Source: Octopus sinensis
Lineage: Eukaryota
DNA: 64,000 nt
Direction of reading: 5' to 3'
Assembly (NCBI RefSeq): GCF_006345805.1
Contig: NC_042999.1
Coordinates: 9,114,001 to 9,178,000 of the forward strand
Shown: piece after piece, positions 27,283 to 40,694 of the stretch
How the letters are laid out: every line of letters begins with the position of its first letter
How positions within the stretch are numbered: the first letter of the stretch is position 1
Made by a program: the position numbers and the translations under genes
The notes under the pieces: generated by a model
Seen by the model: the letters and a program-made list of their open reading frames with translations, nothing else
Database searches by the model: none
What the model was told of the DNA's origin: nothing

Positions 27283-27873
27283 TGTAGCTGTGTGGTAAGA
27301 AGCTTCAATCCTAACCACATGGTTCTGGGTTCAGTCTCACTGTGTGGTACCTTGGGCAAGTGTCTTCTACTATAACCTCGGGCTGACCAAAGCCTTGTGA
27401 GTGGATTTGGTAGACGGAAACTGAGATAAACCCGTCCCACACACACGTGTGTATGTGTGTGTTTGTGTGTGTGTGTGTGGTAAGACCATAGCGGATCTAT
27501 TTCTTGCATAAGGGTTGTCCACATAGTGGTCATCCCTCTCATATGTATATAATACAATTTACTGAACCATCGGATTTTAATATGCTAGACCACTGTTGTT
27601 AAATTGACGTTAATTGAATTAATATCCAATTTCTCACCCTCATTTTATATATATATATATATATAGTTGTGTGTGCGAGTGTTTGTCCACCTCCACATCA
27701 TCGCTTCCCTACCAATGCCGGTGTGTTTATGTCACCGTAGCCTAGCGGTTCGGCAAATGAGGCCGATAGAATAAGTACTAGGCTTACAAAGAATAACTCT
27801 TGGGGTCGATTTGTTCGAATAACGGCTGTACTCCAGCATGGCCGCAGTGAAATGACTGAAACAAGTAAAAGAA
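27283..27873 (+). mobile_element. SINE family A split by a ~170-bp insertion in its internal microsatellite
   Basis: 5' half 27283-27440, 3' half ~27700-27873, unrelated sequence at ~27481-27648. Confidence 0.7.
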
Positions 27874-28695
27874 TAAAACAAAAACCTCTTTCGTGTCTCA
27901 TCCTCAACCAAATTCGCAGACATGATTCCAATACCATTTTCTGCTCTTTCATATTCATTCACCATTTATGCCTCTGGCGAATATATTCCGATAACACGAT
28001 ATCATGTTTTTTTGTTGAATGAATGTTTACTTTCTAAAAATTTCAATAGTGTACTCATAAGTTAAGCCGGAAAATACCGAAAGGCTTGATTTTATTTTAA
28101 TTAAATACCAAATTTAAATATCATTTGAATATCAAATTGTAGTTTAAAATAACATGAAGAAATTAGTTTTAATATTTAAAAAAATCAACAATACTTGAGA
28201 ATATTCAACGATATAGGTGTAAGTTCACGAATATTTGTAAAAGCTGAGCTGTAGTACTATTCTGAAGAAATATATATATGAAATTGATATAATTCTTTTC
28301 CACAAATGATAATCTTTTCTACTCTAGGCACAAGGCCTGAAATTCTGGGCTAGGTTGTTATATGGACGCCTGGGCTCAAATAGTGCTTACTTCTTCGACC
28401 ACGAAAAAAAAGATAGACAAAGTCGACCTCAGCAGAATTTGAAATCAGAACGTAAAGACGGGCGTAAATGTTGCTAAACATTATTTCCCGGCTTGCAACC
28501 TATTCGGCCAACTCGCCACAATAATAATAATCCTTTCTACACTATTTAGAAGTCTTGAAATTTGGGGGAGGGGGTCGAGTGAATTACATTGACCTCAGTA
28601 TTCCACTGGCACATAATTAATAAACTCCGGCAGGATGAAGAGCAAAGTCGACCTCGGCGAAATTTGAGCTCAGAACTTAAAGACGGACAACTTAC

Positions 28696-28696
<1 letters not shown>

Positions 28697-28756
<60 letters not shown>

Positions 28757-28788
28757 GTAATAATAATATAATAATAATAATAATAATA

Positions 28789-28830
<42 letters not shown>

Positions 28831-28923
28831 GTAATAATAATAATAATATAATAATAATAATAATAATAATAATATAATAATAATAATAATAAAATAATAA
28901 TAGTAATAATAATAATAGTAATA

Positions 28924-28970
<47 letters not shown>
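28697..28970. repeat. (AAT)n microsatellite
   Basis: Seen directly. Confidence 0.95.
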
Positions 28971-28971
<1 letters not shown>

Positions 28972-29052
28972 GACAGGTACATATGTGAATATATATGGTG
29001 TGTGTGTGTTATAAGTATGTGTATGCATGCATACATACACGCACACATATGA

Positions 29053-29094
<42 letters not shown>

Positions 29095-29953
29095 ATATAT
29101 ATAGATATATATATATATGCTCCACTAAACAAGTTAGTAGTGCTTCAGAACAATCGCGAGACACTAATATTAATAAAACTTAACGTTGAATTCTAAATTC
29201 CTTTCGCCATCACTGGCAAATGAGTACAAACTATGATGTGTACGGAGGATCGTGACACTAATACAGCAACGGGGTTGCGAGCAGGCGTAGATATCCTCTA
29301 ACCCATGAGGAATGATGTGAAGTCTTGAAAGAGAATCTGCTTTTCTAACACTCAACAAATAATCTTTGTGATCATGTTGGCTGAAGTCGCAACGTAAAAC
29401 GAAGGGCGTTGTTAGATATGACAGAGCGATATCCAGTGCAGGAATCGAAATCGCAATCTTATGATCGGATCGCTTACCCACAATGTTCATCGCGAAAACT
29501 AAACAAGTAAAATGCTGTTTCCTCTTCCTTAGTTATGGGACCTCATCGTTATTGTCACCGCCATCAACACTATCGCCATCGTTACCATTTCCATCATAAT
29601 AAAAACATCTGTTCTTGAACATTATCATTAAGATACTTCTAACTTGCTCTCTTGTAGCTTGTTGCAATACAATTCCAACTATATATATTATTTGTGTGTG
29701 TGTGTGTGTGTTATTTGTAGCGTACTCTGTTATTAATATACCAAGTTTAATTGCCTCAATTCCACACGGAATTTATAAATAGTACCTGTTACGAGAAAGT
29801 ATAACAATTTATACGGATTGTCGTATTAATGACTGGACAATTTAGTTAACCGGATTCAGTTTCTGTAGAATGCTTAAAGAGGAATTCGTTTAGATTTATT
29901 TAAACTCTCTTTTCCTTCATATAAATTTGTATATGTATCAATATATGCGTGTA

Positions 29954-30018
<65 letters not shown>

Positions 30019-30278
30019 GTCTGTCTGTCTCTGTCTATTTAGCTCTCTCTCTCTCTCTCTTTGTATATATATGAATTGAATTTAACTAATTTCGGCTCAC
30101 GAGCTATGGCTATGCTGGGGCACCGCCATTTGGTGCACGGGGGCGTTTGACGGCACTGCCCTCATTTGCACTTCCTACTGTGAAGTTGGTTCATCTGGGA
30201 CACTTGACAGTAAGAAACCTAGTTTCATTTGAGAACACATCCACCACCTGCAGGTCTCTAATATTTATGTATATACAT

Positions 30279-30320
<42 letters not shown>

Positions 30321-30555
30321 ATATATATCTATATATATAAAGCTAGATTTATATATTCTAGATTTGCAGAAGAGCTTGTTGTTGGGGTAGTTTAGCTTAA
30401 TGGTAAAGCACTTGAAGCATAATCACAGGGATGTGCGTTCCAGTCTCATTGCTGGCCGCCGACAGGTTTTTCTGCAAAATATGGATAGTTTATCCTGTTC
30501 ACGGTATATTATTAGCATTATCCTACGTTTGAGAATAGAATTATTTCCTTTACTG

Positions 30556-30623
<68 letters not shown>

Positions 30624-31392
30624 GAACACACAGTGGTTTGTGCGATTCATCTTTACCGCATCAAATCGCAGCCTACCAGTAAAGAAGTCCTGTTAGTGCA
30701 CTAAGTATGTGTGTTCGATAATGTTTAGAAGACTAGCGCTGCTTATAATTCCTACTTGAAATTATTCCTTCGTATGCAGCCTTGGGGCATTTAGTAGGTG
30801 GCCATTACACTATTTTACATAGAGTCATTTAAAGCTGATTTAGTTCCCCTCCAATTCGGTTCAGGTACGTGATGCTGATAAGCCACAAAAATGACGAAAC
30901 ATCGATACCTATCATTTCTGAATGGGATTTGCAAGAGAATTGTGTTACCTGTCAATGACTTTCAAGTGTTTCTACATCCGGCGCTTTAAGAGTGTCATCT
31001 CCATATCGTCAAATCACAGCCTGGCAGTGAACAAGCGCCGTGGTATGTTGTATATGTGTGTTTGACCAGGTTTACAACACTACCATATATGAATAATATT
31101 AGTATATGAAATATACACGGAGAGAAAACCACCATGTGGAGTTCTTACATGCTAAAAATGGCAGTGAACGCCCCAAAGCACGAAAAACGATGTTTTTCGT
31201 GGTTTTTTTATGTGTTTTCGTTGTTTTGTGCTTTGACTGTTATTATTTCATTTAATTTTTCCACAAGTTAATAGTTTTTTATGCTTTACTCTAAGTTGAA
31301 AAGTTGAAAAGTTGAAAAGGTCAGAGAGACTGAAACCGGTACTGAAATGTTCTTCATGATAAAATTATTTTAGCATTTTCTACCTTGTCTTA

Positions 31393-31428
<36 letters not shown>

Positions 31429-31470
31429 TGTATGTATGTATTATGTATGTATGTATGTATGCATGTATAT

Positions 31471-31528
<58 letters not shown>

Positions 31529-32090
31529 GGGGTGAGTATATGTATGTGTTTGTGTGTGTTATCGCGTAGGAGAAAAGCTTAGCAGCGTTTCTTCAGTTTC
31601 ATTGTAGTAACTTCTAAGTCCATGTGATGGTCACGGACAGAAAATATTTCGTTAATATTGATTTCACCCTGAAAAATCAAAACACATCAACGATTTTAAT
31701 AGGCCGTGGTGTTGCTATTTAAGAAGTCATTATACCCAGTAATCAATATTACTTCCACGATGAACTCACTCCTGGAAACGTGATCTCCAAATGCTGCTCA
31801 TTATTTCATACGCATGCGCTCTCATTAGAGATTTTAAACTGTCTTGAATCAAACAACGAAACAAAGATTATTCGTATCAAACGATGTCTACAGATTTGTG
31901 CAAACCCAATTGGTTTATCGATTTTAACCGACTAAGAATGTGTGCGTCCACGTCTTTCTGAAGAGAATTAGTGACGGGAATGACAATGTCAAACAAAACG
32001 ACTACAGCACGGATTGAGATAAATGGCAGGACAAACCACCAAAGAAATAAATCGTAGGCTATAGTAGTTACTTCTGACAAATGGTAGAAT

Positions 32091-32121
<31 letters not shown>

Positions 32122-32334
32122 TGTATATAAATATATATTCTGTAAATTATAGTGTAAAAAATTCGTGTGCCATTATCGGAGTGACTTTAAAATTATTGAG
32201 TATGTATATATACATATATATAAATATAAACTGAAAGAAGCCTGTTGTATATATATATATAAAACACCTTTTTGATGAAATTTTTTCTGTATAAAAAACT
32301 TCCTCCTATATTAGTAGTAGTATATATATATATA

Positions 32335-32540
32335 ACGGGAAGCTTTATGAAAATAGACAAAAGACGAAGGCAGGTGGAAAACAAACAAACAATTGTATTA
32401 GTATGGCGCTCAGGAAATATAAATAAAACAAGTCTTTAATGTTTCGAGCCTACGCACTTCAACAGAAAGATACACAGAGAGAAAAAAACACAGAAAGAAG
32501 GAGAGAAAAAAATGCGTGCAGTAACTAACGAACCAACATA
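32335..32540 (-). mobile_element. Hammerhead-bearing repeat family H1
   Basis: Reverse complement reads tcttt-CTGTTGA-a-gtgcgtaggctc-GAAACATT-aaaga and abuts (TA)n. Confidence 0.7.
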
Positions 32541-32639
32541 TACAACGGGCTTTTTTCAGTTTCTGCCTATCAGTTCCACTCACAAGGTTTGGGTCGCCTT
32601 GTGACTATAGTACACAAACACACACATGCACACATATAA

Positions 32640-32671
<32 letters not shown>

Positions 32672-33329
32672 TCCGCCTAAAACTTTAAAGCAACGTGAAA
32701 TTAACACTGTTATATTCACTGTGAACATCTCTTTGAATTTCATTCTTTTTCATTCCTTCATCCGTTTCCTGTTTGCCTGTACATTTATAAGTGTCTGCGC
32801 GTGCGCGTGCGTGTGTGTGTGTGTGTTTGTAGATAGAAAGGCAGCGTAAGAATGGTAGATCCACATGTCCGCGTATGTTTAGTAAATATTTAAAATAATG
32901 CGACCATATTGAAGATTCTTTTGTAAACCTTTTGTGTTCATATTTAGGTGTAGTGTGAGACAAAGGCGCTCCAAGAGAAATGGAATATCCAAAAATTGCA
33001 GGTTTATCCTGAAATGTTATTGAAACAGGTACAATGCCACAAATGGTCATATATATATAATTGATAAAAGTGTTGTCACATTCTTTCGTTCAAAGCCTTG
33101 AAATGCCAATGGTTATAGAAGTGCTGTGCTGTCAAATATAAATCAGAAAGAGAAATAATGAAATATATCTCAGCTCGATGCAATCCCAATAAAACCTGGT
33201 TCACCAGTCAGCAATCATTAGGCTGGGGCTGGCAAAATGGAATAAGGACTTTATTTGGCATATTCAAAACGTTTTCCGTAAACAAATTTAAAAGGTATAT
33301 GAATATAATGCATATATTCTGTATATGTA

Positions 33330-34008
33330 TAGAGAGGAGGAGGAAGAGAAGGAAGGAAGAAGAAGAGGAGGAGGAGGAGGAACGAAGGATGGGGAACGGA
33401 GAGGACGGAATAAGGAGGAGTGTGAGGGAATACTGGATGTGGAAAGACTAAGAACATCGTCGATGAGACTGGCGGCTGATGGAGTAACCACAAGAGAATG
33501 AAATAATTTGGAAACCAAGGCATGGTCGGATCAGGAGGAGTAGGTGAAGGACGGGAAGAAGGATGTGGAGGAAGAAGAGGAGGAGGTGGAAGTGAATACG
33601 AATAAGGAAGGGTAGCCTTGAGGGGATATGAAGTAGAAGTAGGTGGAAGAGGAGGAGGGGGAGAAGAAGGAGAAGAAGAAGAAGGAGTAGGAGGAGGAGG
33701 AGAAGGAGAAGAAGAAGAAGGAGTAGGAGGAGGAGGAGAAGAGGAAGGAAGGACAAGAAAAGGAGAGAAGAAGTTGAAGAAAAAGAGAAGGAAGGAAGAA
33801 GAAGAAGAAGAAGAAGAAGAAGAAGAAGAAGAAGGAGAAGAGGAACAAGAAGAAAAACAAGAACAAGAAGAAAAGCAAAAGGAAGAAAAAGGAAAAGGAA
33901 GAAAAAGGAAAAGGAAGAGGAGGGAGAAGAGGAAGGAAGCAAGGACAAGAAAAAGAGAGAAGAAGAAGAAGAGGAAAAGGAAGAAGACGAAAAATAATAA
34001 TAATATAA

Positions 34009-34039
<31 letters not shown>

Positions 34040-34065
34040 AAGAAGAAAGAAGAAGAAGAAAGAGG
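33330..34065. repeat. Long purine-rich (GAA/GGA) low-complexity tract
   Basis: Seen directly. Confidence 0.9.
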
Positions 34066-34658
34066 TGTGAATGAAATTGAAATTGAAATTAGCGAGGAAT
34101 TTTCTCGCCGATTATTAAATAGCATCTTTGATAGAAATAACGTCTGCTCAAACTTGGTTTCTTCTCCAGCCACGTTTTTCTGCTGGTTCTCTTGAAGATA
34201 GTTCAAAGAATTTTCTTAAAAGATTAAGAAAATGAGGACAGAACTATAATGATATCACTTCAGACATCGTCCGCCATTTTCAAGTGGCCAGGCGGAGGGG
34301 GAGGAGGAAGAAGAGGAGAAGAAGCAGGAGAAGAAGAGAGTGGAAATGATTACAGATGACAAAGTATGCAGACGTCATACTTCAAACGGATGCTGCTTGA
34401 TTGCAAACGGTCTTTGGAACAAGTAGATGAGGTAGACGTGTCCTCCTCGAAGTTTAATAAACTGTTTACTAGCGCAGGTGTGCCTGCTTCCTAAACACAT
34501 GGTTCCGGGTTCAGTCCTGCTACACGGCGCTTTCGACAAGCGTCTTCTACATTAGGCTACGCGCGCCGACCAAAGCCTTGTGAGTAAACTTCGCAAACAG
34601 AAACTAAAAAGAGCTGGTCATAATAATAATAATAATGATAATAATAATAATAATAATA

Positions 34659-34703
<45 letters not shown>

Positions 34704-34726
34704 TAATAATAATAATAACAATAAGG

Positions 34727-35262
34727 TTGTGGCTCTCATGGCTTCTGATCCTAACTGATTGGAAGTGTTATCAGGTACATTGATTTATCTTGGTATAAAA
34801 GATGGGCTACAGAAAATATTCTGCTCAATACCAGAGATTTGCTTGTCAGTTGTTTGACCTTAACCAGTTGAGCATGTCCCTTAGTGGCTGACGATATGTG
34901 CATCTCTGATCATGAGCAGAAGTAGTGGGGGAGCATCATAGCCATGTGTTGAGAGGGATTCTTTGAGGTTTGAATAATTCACCTCTGGAAACATGGGTGG
35001 TTCTTTCAACATCCTTAAACAACCCTTATTCAGAGACCTTTTGAGCGGGATGGGCTACTCAACCTGAAGAAAATTCTAACTGGGCCCCACCTGCAAGGTC
35101 ATGTGCTGTTTATCTTGATATGAGATCACCATGTCGCGCACATATGGTTGTGATGCATGTGCCTGGTGTACCTTTATCAGACGGGTAGTCATGATGGGTA
35201 TATTGGGCTTCGTATATTTTACCCCAGTGTCACTTTGATGGCATGCAATGCTCTCTCACTCA
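34727..35262 (+). mobile_element. Family D non-coding element between (AAT)n tracts
   Basis: Longest copy. It ends ctctctcactc(aat)n. Confidence 0.8.
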
Positions 35263-35305
35263 ATAATAATAATAATAATAATAATGATAATAATAATGAT
35301 AATAA

Positions 35306-35496
35306 TACAGGACTTACAAACACATATAACATACAGAAAATTGCACTACTAGGCACCGCACACATCCTACGCAGAAGACTTTCCATACAATAACCATCAG
35401 AGCATCACAACAAACCACAGCACATACCTAAGGCCCACAGAGCTGCGCTCGGTAGTGAAGTGAAAGCACGCTATAAAAATAAAGCTACTGAATAAA

Positions 35497-35568
<72 letters not shown>
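35306..35568 (+). mobile_element. Short 3' fragment of R4/Dong-type element with (AAT)n tail
   Basis: GLTNTYNIQKIALLGTAHILRRRLSIQ* plus a UTR nearly identical to 187-370. Confidence 0.85.
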
Positions 35569-35974
35569 TCGACACCGCTAGTTTCTGCTGGTTGCAGTTT
35601 CCTCTAGATCCGGTCACGTGATATGATACTCTCTGTCGTGCATTTTTCGGTGTTCCTCTCTTTCTCTTCCCCTCAGGTGATCCCCATGTAGATCTGTTCT
35701 GCAATGGGGTTGTTCATGTAGCCAAATATATTAAATTCTGTCGGAGCAAACCGTTGACGTTTCTCTACAATCATTGTACAGTCCGCGACTTGTGAAGCTG
35801 TGTGTTTCTTCTTCTCTCACCGTGTGAATGTGTGCTGGGAAACCCTATTCCGGAACGGGGCAGATTTATATCCTTCAACCGGTGCACGAACAAAACTACT
35901 CTGGAATTTGAACATTTGGTTTGCTTTACTTCCGGCCAAACGACCCTTTCGAAATTGCTTACATTAATGATTAA

Positions 35975-35991
35975 TGATGGTGGTGGTGATG

Positions 35992-36025
<34 letters not shown>

Positions 36026-36029
36026 AAGC

Positions 36030-36088
<59 letters not shown>

Positions 36089-36155
36089 CAGTAGTAGTGG
36101 TGGTGGTGGTGGTATTAGTGGTGGTGGTGGTGGTGGTGGTAGTGGTGGTAGTAGC

Positions 36156-36200
<45 letters not shown>
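35975..36200. repeat. (GGT)n/(AGT)n microsatellite
   Basis: Seen directly. Confidence 0.95.
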
Positions 36201-36799
36201 TTGCTTTAACTACAATAATAATTGAAAAAGTGCGGCGGTCAGCCAATTGCTCAACCGTCGATCGACGCATGGTGGTGTAGGTATTTGATCGATTTCGGAA
36301 ACGCTGAATAATAAATATAACTAATTACTTCGGAGACTGGATTAATAATCGAGGAATATGGAACCAAGTATTGTAATGCAACCATCCATAGAAATATAAT
36401 TGAAACAAAAAAAAAAAAAAGCAAAAATGCCTCCATTCCCAAGACTTTAAGAAACTACCTAATTATTGTCCATAATTCCAATAACTTAAAACTGATTCCG
36501 AGCGTCCGCAAGGAAGTAGTTGCCTTATCTCTTGTGTCTTTCTTCCGTCTTATAATAAACCAGGACGGATTTGGGAAAGCCAGGTTTAAGAGACTTGCTC
36601 TTCTTCTATGTGTTTAAGCAACAATTAATATTCCCACATGAGATGTAAACGCTGCGGCTCGGAAACGGACCGCCCACGCAGACCCTAACTATTTTCTCTC
36701 CTACATCTTTCGCTGTTCTGTGTTTGAAGAATACACTTATAGCCTCTCTTCGCTCCGCAACACCGGCAAATCGGCTAAGCTCGATGATTAGCTAATAAA

Positions 36800-36885
36800 T
36801 ATCCCATCTTTCATTCTCTGCACGAATGACCTTCTCGCTGACATTTCTAACAACATTCATTCCTACACAGGTGACATCATTCTTC
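36800..36885 (+). mobile_element. Degraded LINE reverse-transcriptase fragment
   Basis: PSFILCTNDLLADISNNIHSYTGDII resembles the P.LF..YINDL...YADD motif. Confidence 0.4.
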
Positions 36886-36961
36886 GGTTTTCTTTAGATT
36901 TTTTTTCCACACGCCTTGGCTCGCCGTGCAAAATATACATGCTTCTATAACAAATGCTGCC

Positions 36962-36996
<35 letters not shown>

Positions 36997-37059
36997 CTCA
37001 CAACACACGCACACACACATAGATAATTGATTTCACATAGATAATAGGTAATTGATTTC

Positions 37060-38211
37060 ATATTTTGACACAGGGCCAGCAAGTTCATCGGAAGCGATAA
37101 GTCGATTACGGCTGGTACTTATTTTATCGATCGCGAAAAGACCAAAGGCAAAATCGACTTCGGTGGAATTTGATCTCGGAATGTAAATACGGACAAAATA
37201 CCTATTTCTTTACTACCCACAAGGGGCTAAACACAGAGGGGACAAACAAGGACAGACAAACGGATTAAGTCGATTACATCGACCCCAGTGCGTAACTGGT
37301 ACTTATTTAATCGACCCCGAAAGGATGAAAGGCAAAGTCGACCTCAGCGGAATTTGAACTCAGAATGTAGCGGCAGACAAAATACCTATTTCTTTATTAC
37401 CCACAAGGGGCTAAACACAAAGGGGACAAACAAGGACAGACATAGGTATTAAGTCGATTACATCGACCCCAGTGCGTAACTGGTACTTAATTTATCGACC
37501 CCGAAAGGATGAAAGGCAAAGTCGACCTCGGCGGAATTTGAATTCACAACGTAACGCAGACAAAATACCGCTAAGCATTTCATCCGGCGAGCTAACGATT
37601 CTTTTCTACTCTAGGCACAAGGCCCGAAATTTTGGAGGAGCGTGCCAGTCGATTCGATCGACCCCAGTACGCAACTGGTACTTAATTTATCGACCCCGAA
37701 AGGATGAAAGGCAAAGTCGACCTCGGCGGAATTTGAACTCAGAACCTAAAGACAAACGAAATACTGCTAAGCATTTCGCCCGGCGTGCGAACGTTTCTTA
37801 TTTCTTTACTACCCACAAGGGGCTAAACATAGAGGGGACAAACAAGGACAGACAAACGGATTGAGTCGATTGTATCGACCCCAGTGCGTAACTGGTACTT
37901 ATTTAATCGACCCCGAAAGGATGAAAGGCAAAGTCAACCTCGACGGAATTTGAACTCAGAAGGAAAACAGACGAAATAATTATTTCTTTACTGCCCACAA
38001 GGGGCTACAAACAGAGGGGACAAACAAGGACAGACAAATGGACTAAGTCGATTAGATCGATCCCAGTGTGTAACTGGTACTTAATTTATCGACCCTGAAA
38101 GGATGAAAGGCAAAGTCGACCTCGGTGGAATTTGAACTCAGAACATAACGCAGGTGAAATACCGCTAAGCATTTCGCCCGGCGGGCTAACGTTTCTGCCA
38201 GCTCGCCGCCT
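37060..38211 (-). mobile_element. Cluster of SINE family C multimers
   Basis: About six Meta-like core units (cgaccccgaaaggatgaaaggcaaagtcgacctc) at roughly 180-bp spacing. Confidence 0.85.
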
Positions 38212-39226
38212 TACATAAGTATATATTATCACCGTTATCAGTCTAGGGTTGCTTATAAAAAATATGTACATAAAATCGCCGGCAAAACGTATCGTAATCT
38301 GACAAAGTAATAAACAGTAAACCATTTATTGTGGTTCGTCACAGATCTAAAAATAACTTTTTCAAGTCTAGTGAAAACAAATAAGACTTATGTTCTTCAT
38401 TCATTCCAAATGTTCCTAACCATTGTCTGCATAAGACGCCCATTGAACAATTTCCATCTTGAAATTGGTTACCTAATAATAAAACTCAACGAAATGGTTA
38501 ATAAAAAAACAATAAGACAACTTACATTTTTTTTTCTTTTGTCGGAGTTTAAAGCAAACTAGAAGAAGAAAGAACAGATGTCGCTTAAGTATGGATAAAA
38601 GACGAGTGAGAGAGTGAGTGAGAGAGAGAGAAAAGAGAGAGTGAAAATAACAAACTGGAACGTCTAAAAGAACTTATCGTTAAGTTAGACGAACAGAGAT
38701 TCGTATTACAGGAAAGGAAGGTTTGTTGTTTTTTTAGATGTGAGTATATGAATGCGGAAACAGATCCTTCGTTAGATCGGACGGTCAATTGAATTGGGAA
38801 ATTTCCTGAATGATATCTAGATTAATATGTCTACCAACTTGCAGATAGCATTTTAATGATATACATGATGGTATATGTAAAAATCTAAGAAATTGGTTGA
38901 AATATATTCCAGAGTGACCAAACTACTGTCGGTGACACCTTGAAACTGGGATCAATGATTTGCTTACGCTGACTTCTCTTGAAGTAACAGGAAACGTTCG
39001 CGAAAGAGTGATTAATAAAATATGCAGCACAATACTGCATCCTCCAACAACCACGCAATACAGACCCTAAACAACATCAGCAGATATTATCCAGGTCCCT
39101 TCGAAGAATGACACTTTTACCGATAGACCCAATTTAAGGAGCAAAGTTACACACTGGCCAGTACAACTGCCTCAACTAGCAGGACGAAGTTTCTAACTTT
39201 TCTTCAATTCCTCTAAGAATACCAAC

Positions 39227-39257
<31 letters not shown>

Positions 39258-39629
39258 TATTATATATATATAGAGAGAGCGAGAGAGAGAGAGAGAGAGA
39301 GATAGAAAGAGAGAGAGAGAGAAACACATAGACAGACAGGGAGGCAGGTAGATAGATAGAGGGAGAGAGAAAGGGAGAGCTCAGGTAAAATTGTGTCTAA
39401 TGACGTAATGTAGTATTTACATAAATCCATGTATTGAACTTTTGCTATTACATTTATTCCTTGGTTACGATCGTTTCGACAATACGTGGTAGCTTTTGGT
39501 TTTAGTTTTCATATGATTAAAAATATAAATGATTTTGAAATTTGCAGAAAAGCTGACTGAAAATCCAGCTCGGATTAATCTGCTTGTGTTTCCTATACAT
39601 ACATATACATATACATATATATATATATA

Positions 39630-39664
<35 letters not shown>

Positions 39665-39774
39665 TATACATATATATATATATATATTAATCATAATAAT
39701 GATAATAATAATAATATGACAACAAAAGAATTAATGAGACTCGATAATGTAAATAGAGGAATTTATCTATGAAT

Positions 39775-39931
39775 ACAGGACAATCAGTAAGTTGTATAAT
39801 AATACTGAGAGTTTCAATCACCATAGTTATTAAGATAGTGTTCTTGTCTTAATAATGATGAAAAAATGCCTAGAAGCTCTCAGATATTTGAAACTCTGAG
39901 TATTATTATTACAACTTACTGATTGTCCTAT
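39775..39931. repeat. Inverted repeat with ~48-bp arms; right arm overlaps a degenerate hammerhead-like motif
   Basis: aggacaatcagtaagttgta..tactgagagtttcaa versus ttgaaactctgagta..tacaacttactgattgtcct. Confidence 0.7.
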
Positions 39932-40694
39932 ATTTTATATATATATTATATTATATATATATATATATGATATTATATATATATATAATATATAATATAT
40001 AACTTATAAATTAAACAAGGGCAAAAGAAAAAAAATTCTAATGCCAAATATGCTGAAAATAGACAAACCTTTAAAGGAATTTTTTAATATGCTGGCCATT
40101 GATAAAAGTTTTTTCGAAAAATTTATCCTGATTAGATGTATGTATATATATATATATATATATAATATATATATATATAATATATATATATATTACGCAG
40201 ATGACTTGATCTAAGATCGTGTGCTGGAACGAAAACAATTGCAGCGTGGAAGGTGCTTATAAGCCATTTAAAAACACGCAAAAACCGTCAGATTCACTTC
40301 AACATTTTAATTCAATTTGCCAGAATATTTTCGTCGCTTTGAGACCGTGAACTCTTCACCGACAAAATTCCGTGTTGTCGTTGATAAACAGGAGCATTAT
40401 TGAAAATTAATTACTGTATGAAATTTAGATCTGCATGTGTGCAAGATGCCATGTATCTCTGATTAATGAATTCAGGGTTTCGAGAATAAACAGGTAAACG
40501 CTTGCCGTGTTACTGGTCCTGTGGTTTATGGTGCCATCTAGAAATTTTGGTTAATCTACGTACGTGCGTGCGTGTGTGTGTGTGAAAGAACAAGTACATG
40601 AATGACTCTGAAGATGTTGCAAACTTTTCTCTCTTCTGGAATGACTGCCATAAATGATATTCAGTACTGACCGTTTTACTTTTTCTTTTTCCAG

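Noticed and set aside
30385-30460. tRNA-like segment tagcttaatggtaaagcac..gttccagtc
   Set aside because: It has A/B-box-like motifs but no convincing cloverleaf, and is probably a decayed SINE head.
33448-34206. 252-aa hydrophobic and 150-aa E/K/R-rich ORFs
   Set aside because: Both are products of the purine-rich low-complexity tract.
34845-34945. ctgacga in family D as a hammerhead core
   Set aside because: No GAAA or stem III follows at the required position.
37197-38211. CRISPR-like or satellite array
   Set aside because: The units are dispersed SINE segments with no unique spacers, the context is eukaryotic, and there are no cas genes.
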